From the NCBI GenBank assembly GCA_039545335.1, contig BCIN01000007.1, positions 434,001-498,000 of the forward strand: a stretch of DNA of 64,000 nucleotides, written 5' to 3'. Below, piece by piece: positions 39,982-52,941 of this stretch. The position numbers were made by a program, and so were the translations under genes. How positions within the stretch are numbered: position 1 is the first letter of the stretch; each line of letters opens with the position of its first letter. Below the pieces are notes generated by a model that saw only the letters and a list, made by a program, of their open reading frames with translations, was not told the origin of the DNA and did no database searches. This DNA is from Kondoa subrosea. Its lineage: Eukaryota.

Positions 39982-42402
39982 ATGTCTGGTCAACCTCACG
40001 CCTTTAGCCCGCCTGCCAATCAAAGTCTTTCACCGCATGTAAACGACCAGTTCACCGTTGTTATAGCTTCCCTTCGAAATGGAATTACGAGAGTCGAAGA
40101 TCTCGAAAAGGATTTCCCGAAATTAAATGCGAAAGTTGACAACAAATGCATTGACAACACCTTCGAACAGGTGAAAAAGCGCTGTACTGTCCGTAGCTAT
40201 TACCATTCCTGATCTGCCATTGCAGATGGCATCCGTCCTGGAGAAGTTCCACAAGATGGTAGGCGTATTCTTGGAATACCAAGCAGGCCAATCGAGCAAT
40301 GGCTATGAGCTGGATGTTGACAGCCTACGAAAGAACAGTAAACTTGTTCGTTGAAGATGAGTAAACTTGCGCCGCTGACCTGTTAAGGCTTGAACCAGCT
40401 CGAGAAACGTCTCGAGAAGGCTGATGAAGTACGTCCTAGAATTATTTGGCCGAGATCTTACTTGAACATGTCATTCGGCGATCAGGCTCATGAACAAGCA
40501 AAGTTACACGCTGATAAGCACGATGTCTACTCATTTCAAGTCTGCGCGGAACTCGAGCTCGCTGCAAAGACTTTAGCAGTAGTATGCTCTCCCCGCTCTT
40601 TGCGCCTCATATCTTTGCTTACTCTGCTCTGCTCACAGATCAAGACGATTTTGAGGACGCTAGTCAAATTCCATCAGGAGAATAACAAGGTAGATACATT
40701 GTTTACATGTTGTAATCAGTGGACATTCGTTTTGGCAGAACCTGTTGGATCACCATTGGCGTACTCTCGGTAACAGGGGTCAGGCTGATTTTTATTACAC
40801 TGACGAGGTCATGAAAGCTGTGGAAGAAGTCTTAGATGAACTCGTGGAGGAAAAATTGAAGAGCCTACTGGATTTTAGTCAACGAGAGGCCATCGAGGAG
40901 CTAAAAGGCAGCCCAGCAGCTTTGTCCGCTGTTGAATCACTTTTTTCTCATGTACGCAGCTTCGAATTATTCGGGTAGATCTAACAGCTGTTGCAGGCTA
41001 AAGAAGGCGTCAGAGATCTGGAAAACGTACAAAGGGTTGTAAAACGGCTGCTCGCGGAGAAAGAATTGAAGGACGTTCTACCTGAGCTGTTCCGAGCCCT
41101 TACTGCTGTAAGCTACTATCTACTGTGGAAGTAGGTGCTATCCCTGAAACTAACCGTATGTAATACAGTTGCACAAGCTACTTTTAAGCATTGAAGAGGT
41201 TTGCGCATTTGCATTTGCGAGTGTATTTTTTCAGTGAATGTGTCGATAGACTCTTAAGCACATCAAGCAGATCGAAGGGCAGCGACCGGATATCAACCTG
41301 ACAGGAGCATACAAGCTCCTTGAGGCGGTAAGCCTGTCACCCAATACGCAGATCTTTGTATTTGCTGATACCTGCTTGCATAGGAGAAGACTGCGGTGAA
41401 GGAATGCTACAGCAAACTCTCAACGCGACACAAAGGTCTTTTCTCTCGAGTACGCGCGAAGATGATTTGGCTCATTTTGCGATGCTAGCCTACGACGAGT
41501 TCAATACTATTCGAAACGAGTTGGCAGAATTGCGTCCAATTATTAGTGGCGGACTGAAAAGTGGTCTGAAAGCTCTTTTGAATAAAATTGAAAAGGAGGA
41601 TTTGAAACATCAAAAAGTCGCTAGTGCTAAGAATCTGTCCGCCAAACAGACTGCTTATCTTTATGTACGCAATCTGTCCGACGCGCGCGTCTCTTTAAGA
41701 TTGACTTCTACTCTGCAGGCCAAAGAAGCGGTCGATCATCTTGACAACATTTGCTTGGGCATGACATTATTGTTCAAGAAGCAGCGTGTTGAGACGTTCA
41801 TTCCAGAACTCCTCGAGAATCTTAAAGATGTAAGTCACAATTTCCAATACCTTGACTTCCTTCGTGAACATATAATAACTGTCTTGTGCCGATTGTAGTT
41901 GGAACATCTGATGGCCAGCATTGAAGGCGTAAGTGAAATCGAACTTCGTAGTGCTTCACCTCATCAATTTGAGCTCCTTAGATTTTGAAGGAAATCAAGC
42001 GCATGGAAATTGACGAAGGCCAAAAGCTCGATGCGGGTCTTGATCAAGCTTACGCCCGCCTTGAACAGGTAGATTAACTTTCTCTCGATTCTTTTGGCAT
42101 GTTATGAACACTTTTTCTACAGCAAAAGATCATTGTTCACAAGTGTCACGAGAAGCTGGCAGTGCGATACAGAGGTCTGTTCTGCTGACTAGGGCGAAAA
42201 GAAAACATTGCACTTACTGCAACAATTGTTTTCAGGTTATGCCGCAGCTGCGTTCAGTCACATTCACATTTCAGAGAATGCTCGCTTCTCTGCACCGCTT
42301 CACGAACAAGCTCGTCCACGAGCTACAGCTATCGCTAATACCCAAGTCCAGCTCGTCGTCGACAACGTGTCTGGTCATTTCGGAGCTATGCAGTTGCGTT
42401 AG
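39982..42402 (+). CDS. Orphan all-helical protein built from three tandem 5-exon repeat units
   Basis: About 15 short introns. Exon lengths and amphipathic patterns recur three times (see findings). Confidence 0.7.
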
Positions 42403-42779
42403 ATCAGACCTAGATTTCGATGTACAGGACACTTTATGCTTTTCCTCTCTTTGTATAACTCATAGATCTTCATACTTCTCTGAACATGATTCTCTCTTCT
42501 TTAGCAAAGTCTCTCGCTTGTCTCTCTGTAATGTCTTACCGAGTGATACAAATTGTCTGTCTCAATCTCTATCTCACTTGACACAGCTTGAGCACAGGTT
42601 GTTGCCATTACGTTTCCGATTGTACTCTCTCCAAGACTAGGTTGAATATAATTTACTAATAGTTGCACAAACATCGAGTGAAGGGAAAAACTAGTACAAC
42701 GATTCTTTACACAAAAATTCTATCCCATCAAGGTCCAGAATCATTACGTCTTTGAGGTATCCATATCCCATCTTTCCTC

Positions 42780-43524
42780 TCATCCTCCCCTAAAGTAAAG
42801 CAAAAACCATCATTCCCACGGCCAACATCATAGCACCGGCAACTTTCATTTCTTTCTCTGCAGCAGAAGTGTTTGATCCGATTGTAGGAGTAGCTGAAGC
42901 TACTGCTCCGTTCACTGCCGAAGAAGCACCATTTTTGTTGATCGCTTGAGTATTTTCCGCTGCTGAGGAAGAAGATGCTGGAGTAGAAAGAGCTACTGAA
43001 GGAGCATCGGAAGCTAATGAAGTGTTGACGCATTCACCAGACAGAGCTACAACAATATTACTTCAGTAAGACGAAACAAGAAGAGGGAAACAAAAGAAGA
43101 GAACGCACTGTTTACTGCTTGAACGATTTGAGCGATATCACCAGAAGAGAATTGTTCAGAGTTATCTTGAGCACATTTGGCGCAGCCCTAGTTATTCATA
43201 CATTGAAATTTCAGCATTCATTCCCCAACTCCTTTTCATAGAATATGGATAACGTACGGTTAAAGTAGTCAAGGAATCTGGAGTGCATGCACAAGCTGCA
43301 ATAGCAGTAGCAGAATTCTCCGAAGAACATTTCTATATTCCCTCAATCAATCAGCAATAAGGATTGAAATGGGGGAAAGGGAAACACACGTTGAGTAAAT
43401 CATAAGCGCTCATGCATGCTTCTTGACAAGGTGCTTCAGTTGCTTGGCGAGCCAATAAAGCGAACGGGTTTGCCAAAGTGGAACCAAGGACCGAGAAGAG
43501 GACGACGGCGATAGCAGCTCTCAT
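42780..43524 (-). CDS. Secreted Cys-rich, Ser/Ala-rich, probably GPI-anchored cell-surface protein
   Basis: Signal peptide MRAAIAVVLFSVLGSTLA, a Cys domain (CQEAC, KC, CAC, CAKC, EC), an S/T/A-rich stalk and a hydrophobic C-terminus VAGAMMLAVGMMVLLYF. Confidence 0.8.
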
Positions 43525-43952
43525 ATTGTTTCAGTTGTAGTGTTGGTTGTAATAGATTGACTTGTTCAAAGAGAGAGCTAGAGCGCGTATTTTGACAGAA
43601 AAGAAAGGGGTGTTTTCTTTTTTGGCGTGCGAGAGAATGCAAGGAATGGAAGCGGCCTGGCTTCAATTAGGGATGTTAAAGGCTGTGGGATGTGCTTGTA
43701 GGCTGTGCGTATTGAAGAAAACGAGCGTGGGTGTATTGTGGTGAAGTTCGAGACGGTGCTTTGCAAACAAAAGAAGGTTTGATCTCAAGGAGACAGTGCG
43801 CGAACTAGCCTTTTTCGGAATACAATAGCAATGAGGGGTAGCAGGTAAGAGCGTACTGATACTACTACACGCGTGTACAAGCGGGTATTATATGCAAAAG
43901 CGATATCGGTTATAATGAGAGGAATGTCCAATCGAGCATATCAGGTTGAGAT

Positions 43953-45077
43953 CTAGACGATTTGCATCTGTCCAATACAGCTATAAGCGAAGAAAGAGGC
44001 GCAGTAGAGTGTACTCACAGCCTCTTCTGCTGGAGCTTGAACAACAATGACTGGTGTATCTTCTCCAGTTAGTTCGACAGCTCGTTCAGCTCTGTCCATC
44101 TCCTTCCTGTAAGAAGCCGCAAACCCTGAGCTCAAAAGAGCTGACAGGTTCAGTGATCTCACATTTCTTGAACAAACATGCCTATTTCGCAGAATCGTCA
44201 GCATTGTTATGAACCGCCGCTTTCCGGAACTCACAAGGCTCCATGAAGAAGTTTGTAAGACCATCTCTCCAATGTGTCCCTTTCAAGCCTAGTTCTTTAC
44301 GCATTTCCGTCCGCAGTTTCCACTAATAACGAGGCAATGCCATTTCAGTACTTCCTTCTTATGCATTTTGTATGAGGATAACTCACAGACATAGCCTTTG
44401 AGATCACCGCGCCTATTTGTGTACGATCAGTATTGAAGTCTAATAGAGAATAGGGCAAGAAGAAGCTACCAATAGGAGCCAGCCCTATCATCTATCTATC
44501 AGGACCGACTTGCACAGTCCATCGATAAGAGCTTACCCATAGCAGAAGTGAACAATTGAATACCGCAATAGGCAGCCGATTGTCTGTTAACCACAGTGCC
44601 TATGAACGAAGTTTTAATCAGAACACTGAAAGTAGAGGCAAGACAAATACCATACCTCTAGTAGGATGCTTGAAACCAGTCAAGCGTAGATGATCCATCC
44701 CTTATTCTCTTACATCAGCTTTCTCCCTCATTGAATTTAGGCAATGAATGAATCTCACGAGAGGCGATGATTCCATATGACACAGCAGGACAGCAGCAAG
44801 CCATTAAACAATCTAATCATATCACTCCAATTAACTGCATGGTCCCTTGAAGCGTAGACGGAATGGGAGGAACTCAACCTGTTCGATAACCGGCGGAACA
44901 GCAATCGAATAAGCCACTTTTGAAATCCATTTCTTGGGTTGAATCTGTGGTATGAGCAACTGAAGAGAGTGACATGGTAGAGACCGGCGTATAAGCTGGC
45001 AAAGTCTCAAAGGATGGGTCCATCTCGTTGAAGTTTGGAGCTTTGGCATCTTGTTTCTCGATAGGATAGGCTTGCAT
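43953..45077 (-). CDS. PLAC8-family Cys-rich protein
   Basis: FKSGLFDCC, CLMACCCPAVSYG, LRTEMRKELGLKG...D and FFMEPCMFVQE after splicing. Confidence 0.88.
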
Positions 45078-45370
45078 GGTGAAGTGTGTGTAATTTATGG
45101 GAGAAAAGGATACGACACAGGCCTGAAGCACAGCAAGGAGTCGACAGAAAGGGGGAAAGAAGTAAGAGACGTGGCAGTCGAGGATGAAGCAATAGGTTTC
45201 GAATATCAGTGCGTGTGTGAGCAAAGCAAGTCAGGTGCTGCTAAGCTCTATCTACACAGCATCATGTATAGCATGCCGACATCTATTGCTATAAAACAAT
45301 TGATCTACACCCTGAAGCTGAACAACAACCAAATCAACATCCCCGCTATTCCCATCTGTTACGTCTTCAT

Positions 45371-48300
45371 TCAATCATCTTTCCCCTTGAAGTGATACGC
45401 TATCAGATCACTGAAAGCTCGTATCGAGAGAGGCTTGACAAAGAATGCTGTTAGAGACAAACAAGATCAGCTTCGTGTCTCGGCCAATCAAGTGAAGCGA
45501 ACTGACCGTCTGCTCCTGCTTTGACGCTCCTCTTCTTTTCCACTTCGGAAGAAAGACCAGTCACTGCATCGTACCGTGAGCAAGCGTATAGCAGCAGAAA
45601 AATTCACGAACCGATCATGATTAAACAAGGAGGTATAGATCGCTCTTTCTCAAACGCGCGAATCTGTTCCGTAGACTGTATACCGTCCATCACGGGCATC
45701 TACATTATCCATAAGTATACTCCAACGAAAATCAAAAACAGCTCGAATATACTTGTAAATCCATCATGACTAGCGTCAAAGGTTCCTGTTTCTCCCATGA
45801 CTCTTTGTACGCATTGAAAGCTTTCAGTCCATCGGTAGCACAAACATAAGGATGATTCCTCTTCTGACTAAACATGCGAAGGATCGATAAATTGCTCGGA
45901 TCTATAAAGCGGAACATTTAGATGCGATAAAATCAGTGATTCGAAACATCCTTACTGTCATCCACCAACAACAGTCTCAACGAAGCGAAACTTCTTTTCT
46001 TAGATTCATGAGTGGCCTCTGCTTCCGCAGTCGATTTGAATTCATCCGGTTTCGCTTTCTCCTTCCAAGGTAATTCATGTTCTCTCTTGCGAAAAGCGGA
46101 TCTAGCTTTCGTCAAGGCTTCGTGTAATCTTTCTCGATGTACTGGCTGAGGTACAGAGATGAATTGCGAATGGCTGTATTCATCATTAGCGACCAGTTTG
46201 TCAAAAGCATGTCTTTCAGCTTGAGTTGTAACGAGACACAAGACTACTTCATGATTCCGGATATCTTGAAGAACTTCTGCCATTGCGTCTTCACTTATTA
46301 GGGGTTGCATGACCGTTAAAGCAGCTTCATGTCGAGATACTTGTTGAAAGCCAATACGTTCTGCAACGCAATGAGTAAATCTTATACAGATTTCCATAGT
46401 AAGACTCACCTAAATTCGCACATGCATAAGTCAAAGCAATAGTTTCAACTTGCTTGTGTCCAGGTTGCCAATACGATAAAGGCAGATCCTTTTTCCAGTC
46501 TTCCAACGCAGCTACAATCTTTGGTGATTCGCTCGAGTGGAGTTTGCAGTTGTTGAGTTGGAGGCGAAAATGAGAGCCTTGGCCTTCGGTATTACTTGAT
46601 ACGAGACTGACTTGACCATTGAGAGCTGAAGCCAAACGAGAAGCAATGGATAGACCAAGACCTGAGCTTGGCGAGTACGGATTAGCTTTCTTGAATGGCT
46701 TGAAGATCTCTTGCTGCAGTTCTAATGGAATGCCAACACCGCTAAAAGAAGGGTCAGCAGGCTGCTCTGTGGATACGTTCCGACTGCTCACGTATCGATC
46801 ACATCGTATAGCAATGTGTCATTGTCATTTGCAGAGGTGATACGGACAATCACACTACCTGCGTCCGTGAAATCCACTAGCCAAAATAGACAGACTCAGC
46901 AAACAAGAAAGTTGCGGACAGAGAGGCTTTTGACATACTAGCATTCCTAATAAGCGCAACCAGACATGATTTGAAGAATTTAGCATCGGTATGAACGCTA
47001 TCGATTTCGGGCGGCAAGCGATCATCGAAAATAAGCGCAACGGTATCCATTCTGGTCACATCGGTGCTCGAAGACACAGAATGGGCGACTTCGCTTTCGA
47101 GATCTTCTATTAGATGAACCGCTATTGAAGGCTCAGATTCCAGCGAGTCTTGTAAAGAGTCAAAGTCGATCAGGTGATTGATGGTCAAACCGAGTGTCTC
47201 GCCTGGTTCTGGAATCAGCACTCGTCAATGTTTACTAGCTATCAGAACTCACCACTCTGGTCTATCATATCCAGTAGTGCTGTTATTCGACGAGCAGAAG
47301 CCTTGTCTGTCGAAGCCCCATCCGTTTTGCTCCACCAATCCAAAGTATTATACAATTCTTCTCGAAGTAGTTGCGCAGCTCTGATATGATGTCGATAGTG
47401 AGCTAATGAACAGCAGTAAGCATAAATAACAACTTACGAACTACCAAAATGTAGCGGAGTTCTCAATTGATGTTGTACACCCGTCAAGAATGATCTCTTC
47501 GCGTCCTTCAATTCCGCTAAAGCTTCTCCCTGCATTACACTGGCTACTATTCGACCAACAGCATGTAGACCAAGTACATCCGCATCGTCAAAGACTCGTC
47601 TCAAATCCGAAGTTTCCACACAAAGGTACTGATTGGAGGCAGCTGAAACTTTGCATGCCATAGCTCGATAGGTTTCATCAGGAGTGTCCCGCTCTTCGTC
47701 GCTCAAGTGATTAAACAGAGTAATTCGTTTGGTGATTGCTGGAATATCCTCCCACAAGCTATCAGCGAAACTTGACACCTCCACGCTCTTGTCTTGCAAT
47801 TGGATTTCCCCAGCTACAGCTTGCGGAGATGAGACATGGGTGTTTGTGAACATTAAACGAAGGGCTGTCAGAGCATGGTCAACAACGTTTCCTGCTGTGT
47901 GCTCGTCTTTGTCCAATTGTACTACAATGGCGGCCATTCTTGCTTGATCACTTGTTCTGAGGGTGTAGCTATGTGCAACGATCTCGGCCAAAAGCAAGTC
48001 TGCTAGATGATGAAGTGCTTGTTTCTGCTTTTCAGTGAGAGGCAGGCGCTCTTCGCTGCTTCGGGTTGTTACACATAACGATCCGAGATTAAACGAGTGT
48101 TGGAATGTTACAGGAACACCAACGTAAGCTATGGTATACTTAGCCAGGTAGCAATGATTAGGCAATGCAAACCAACCTCGTAGTCCCTGATCTGCGGTCG
48201 GTGACGCTCGGAAACGAGTATCTTGCAGCAGATCGGGAACAATTAGACAAGTCTTTGATCGCGAAGTGAGAATCTCAACGTGAAGAGGTTTTAACGACAA

Positions 48301-48876
48301 AATCACCTTTGGCTGCAGCCCAATGACATGCGAGCATATGGAATCTCGCCGGGCTAGGGCAGAGCCTAGATCCATGTTAGCAATAGCAATCCGTGTGAAA
48401 CTATCCATATCGACCAGGCCTAAGATAGCTATGTCGAAACCGCTGAGCAAGGGTGCCAATGAAAGTGTCTTGTTCAGCTTTTGAGATAATATGGCATTAC
48501 TGAAGTCGATCTTGGAAGTAAAACGCCAAAGCAGGCGCAGCCGAGCGTATTCATCTGATGCAGCCTTCTCAGCTTGCAGCAACATATACGCCTTGTGAAT
48601 CTCGACTGACTTTCGGTCAATGATGGCATTAAGAAACCATCTGTCGCTTGCTTCTCTGGTAAAAACGGCGACAAGGGTCCACTAGAACGCTGTAGGACAG
48701 CTTTCCTCAAGGTGATGGCGTAATCCTCTTCGATTTTAGCAGAACCAGTTTCTGCTTCTGTTTTGACGTCGTTGGACTCGGGCTCGCCTGGCATCACAGC
48801 ATTGGTCATACAAGATACGGGTATGATGGCAGACACGGATATGCTCCATGGGTTTCTGGTCGTCCTGAGGCATCAT
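45371..48876 (-). CDS. Hybrid histidine kinase A (GAF-GAF-like-HisKA-HATPase-REC)
   Basis: GAF RRDSICSH..DTRF..YVGVP, H-box QHQLRTPLH, N-box LIRNA, DT|GVGI, IFKPF, SGLGL. Receiver LLLVDD...MMDLQ|MPVMDG...TG...KP. Confidence 0.92.
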
Positions 48877-49027
48877 AGCAAAGCTTCGCACTGCAGGATC
48901 ATGGTGATAAGATGCGTGTATGATATCATTTCATTAGGTATACCGCATGCAGAATACCTTACAGCCCTTGTACACCGCGACTCCAACGTAAAATCTTACA
49001 ACCCTTTCGGGACTACCTCTCTTCCTC

Positions 49028-52000
49028 TCAACATTCATCTTCTTCCAGCGGGAAGTGCATCTCTACCAAGTCCTTGAACGATCTGATTGACAACGGCTTC
49101 GAATAGAAAGCATCAGCACCAGCTGCCACCGATGCCACTTTATCCTCCTCTGAGGAAAGACCCGTCAACATTATGACGAGCGAAGGCGAGAGCTGATTTT
49201 CTGCTTCGTATTTTCGTATTTGACGCGTGCTTTCTATACCGTCCATGACCGGCATCTGAGGAACAAAAGGATTCATATTGGTCAAGAAAAGCCTGCAATT
49301 ACTCTTACTTGCATATCCATCACTACGAAGAGGCTGCGTAAGCATGGTCTAATGCTCAACCATGCAACTATGACTTACTAATCATTGTCACTGGATTGCC
49401 ATCCTGTTGTGCTTCTTTGTAGATATCAAGAGCTTGTAGACCGTTACCAGCACAAATGTGCGAAAGCTTTTGCTTCTTACATGCCATTTGCAGAATATTC
49501 AGATTAGTCGAGCTATAGGTACAGGTATTAGCCTGAGTAATCTTTCGCTCAGCCATAGGAAAAACGCACTTATCATCGACCAATAGCATTTTCAGATTGG
49601 AACGATCTCTCTTGAGCGATTTATGAATTTGCTCTGCTTGCGAACGTCTCTTGATAGTCTTGTCATTGGCTTGCTGTTTTCGTTTTGGTAACTGTGTCTG
49701 CCGCTCTTGATATCTGAGACATGCCTCGGTCAAAGCTTGATGAACGCGGCCTCGGAAAAATGCTACATTCGACCAATTAGATTGAGCATCGATGGAGAAG
49801 GTCAGGCAGACTCACGTTGAACCAGAGCGACAAATTGAGTCGAAGAGACATTTTCAAGTCGAATCATGGCATCAAAAGCAATTTGCTCCTCATCATTTGT
49901 CTGATGATGCGATCAATCAACGCCCAAATCCACAAACAAAAACACAACACATACGATGAGGCATAGAACTATTTCATGAGGTAGTATATCTCTGACGATC
50001 TCTTCTTGAATTGCTGTACTTTTCATCGGCTGCATCAGCGTCAATGCGGCCCTGTGTAGTGATGCATTAGACAATCGTGTTATGCTTCTGCGCTCATCGC
50101 ATACTGATGTCTTTGAACGCGTTTGAAATCTAAGCGTTCGAGACCCTTGGCGATATAAGTCAGTGCCAGTGTTTCAAGGTGTCCGTTGCCTGGTTGCCAA
50201 TATGTGAGATGCAGTTGAGCATTAAATGAGTCTAAGACAGTCTTCATAGCTCTATAACTCGTATGAGCACTAGTGATACGGTTGATTGGCGGAGGAGACT
50301 CACGGTTTAGGACTGCATGTAAGACCGACGTTTTCGTATCGTAGCTTAAAATGACTGCCTTCGCCAGGAACTGATCTTTGCAATGTTATTTTGCCTTGAT
50401 GCGCTTCAGCTAGTGTCAAGCCGATGGTTAATCCAAGCCCGCTTCGTTCCGATGCCAGCTCAGAAACTTTGTAGAAAGGATTGAAGATATTGCTATGATT
50501 TGAAGATTCGATGCCTATGCCGGTATCGTAGCAATCATATTCGACTGTCGGGATAGGAAAGCTATCAGCGGCAAGTTTCGCAGAGTGATGCTACTCACGA
50601 ATATGCTGACCATCAGGCGATGATACCCGCAGAATCACCGATCCAGATGTCTTGATACTCTACTCGGTACACAGCCTTATAAGCAACCGCCTCTCATACT
50701 CAGAGAGAAAAGCGAACCTCGAAGGCATTTTGCACAAGAGCAGCCAAAACCGGCGTGAAGAATCGAGGATCGATACAAACGGTGTCCTTCAAAACACATT
50801 CAACGAAAAACGCTGCGTAGAGAAGTTGATCGGTGCTCACAATCTCCGGAGGTAAAGTGTTGTCCACAATGAACGAAATTTCATTTTGCTAAATCACTTG
50901 ATTGAGTCGAGGCCACGGGTACATCTAAAAGCGAGAACAGCACCTTTTCTTTTGACACGTTCTGCAAAACAAGATTGATAACACTTTCTTCCAAATGCTC
51001 GATTAGAATATCCACAGGTTCTGGGCGCACTGTGCACAGTGCGAGCTTAGTATATCCAGACGCAGGCAATACAGTACTAACGCTCTTCTGAATCTTGCAA
51101 GCGGTCATATGTGAGGAGCTGATTTAGGCTGTGTTGCTGTTTGACGTCGATGGCGGTACAAATTAGCAAACAAATTATCGTAGCGGTGACTTTAACACAC
51201 CAAGCTCTCAGCTGTGGTACAGGAGATCAGATCTTATTCTCATCGGTAAATTAGTACTAACATGCTGAACCAATCATATCAAGTAAAGAATCGATGTCCC
51301 GGTTTTGGGCGCTCTGACAAGTACACTTGTCTGTTTCGTCTCTCAACAACTCGCTGGAACAGGTGAGCGCATGTATAGGCGTATTCTGTGGTATCAGAGT
51401 TAAAAAAGCACGTTTATGCTTAGAGGCAAACACGTACCAATTGGTGCTGAATACTACGGAAATAGGAGTGTTTCGCATCTCTCATTGTTCGCATCGAAGC
51501 TTCGTTGTAGACATCGGATACGACTCGAGCGACAGAGTTGAGAGAAGTGAGGTCTACTTCGTCAAAGACCAGGCGAACGTTCGACGTCGAGACAACCAGA
51601 TAATTATTGTTTCCGCTATCGCAAGATGCAATGATTGCTCGGCAGACAGGCGAATTGCTTAACGTAGGAAGATTGCTATGATTGAACTTGATGATTTGTT
51701 CCTCGATACCAGCTCTGTCTTCCCACATTTGTTCTTCGAATTGAGCAAGATGTATCGATCTGCCTTGGATGATGATGCGTTTCGAATTTGCAGCGACAAG
51801 CGCAACATTAGAGGAGGGAAAGAACTGCCGCAGTAAGACGATAGCTTGATCGAGCACATTTTCTGTCTTGGCTTTGGCAGCAAATCCATTGGCCAAATTG
51901 GTCATGCGCGCTCGGGCTTGCTCTCTTTTCCCGTGCGAGTATGCATCCAGTTGTGACAGCATGAGAGCCGTCAGATGTGCCAGTGATGCTTCTGATTGTA

Positions 52001-52743
52001 CCGTCAGCACACAGCGCATGGAAGAATATTCTTTGCACCTTGTTCAGTAGACAGTTTAGGCTCTACCACAAAACTAGCGACACATAGACTTCCAAGATTG
52101 CATCCTTTGTAGGTCATAGGCGTTCCGGTGTAGCTTCTTGCTCCCAATTGAGCAGTTAGCGATTTGCAGAAACGTGGATCTTCCAGAAGATCTTGCACCT
52201 CAAGAGCAGTCTGTGTCAACTAGTCCATCAGTGTATAATGAGAGCACCAGACAGACTTACCCCAGGTTTCTGATTAATCGAATGCGAGCACATCCCGTCC
52301 CTTCGGTTCAGACTACATTTGTCGACCCCTATCGCAGCGACTCGAGTATATATACCGGCGTCTGTCAATCCTAGGATCGCAACAGGCCATCCTGTCAAGA
52401 CGGGAACGAGAGCAATGGTCTTCTGCAGCTGTGCCAAGATATCTTGATCTAACGGAGTTCTGCAGAGCGTCCAGAGCGCGCGAAGCCTGGAGTACTCATT
52501 TTGAGTCAAAGTAGGCGGGAGGCAGCCGTTGTCAAAATCTTCGAACAGGTCTAGATTGTTAGACATCTTATCTGCCAGAGCGGTCATGCTGCAAGTGGAT
52601 GAGAAAGCAGAAGAAGTGTTGACATCGCAATAAGGCTTGAGAGGGATTGCGCTGAGCTGAGCTGTCTGATCCTGCGCAAAGCCCATGCTTGTCGGGCTGG
52701 CAATGAAATTTGAGGTTGCATCGATGAAAATTTCGGCCTTCAT
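49028..52743 (-). CDS. Hybrid histidine kinase B (tandem paralog)
   Basis: GAF RRDGMCSH..EDPRF..SYTGTP, H-box QHQL|NTPIH, LVQNA, DTGIGI, IFNPF, SGLGL. Receiver MLLVDD...MMDMQ|MPVMDG...LTG...SKP. The exact start codon is uncertain. Confidence 0.92.
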
Positions 52744-52941
52744 ATCACATCTGCTCGATGTATGAGTGATTGTCACGTAAGTCGCGGGGTGTTCGAACAG
52801 TAGAGCTCGGTATATAGTGTCAGGTCAGCAAATGTTGGAAAGAGTCGCGAACGCGGTCTCGAATTTAAAGAGCGGCGCATGAGCGACCGGTGTTTCAAAT
52901 TACATAAGTTATATTGTTCTGACCCAAGAGTCTTGAAGTAA

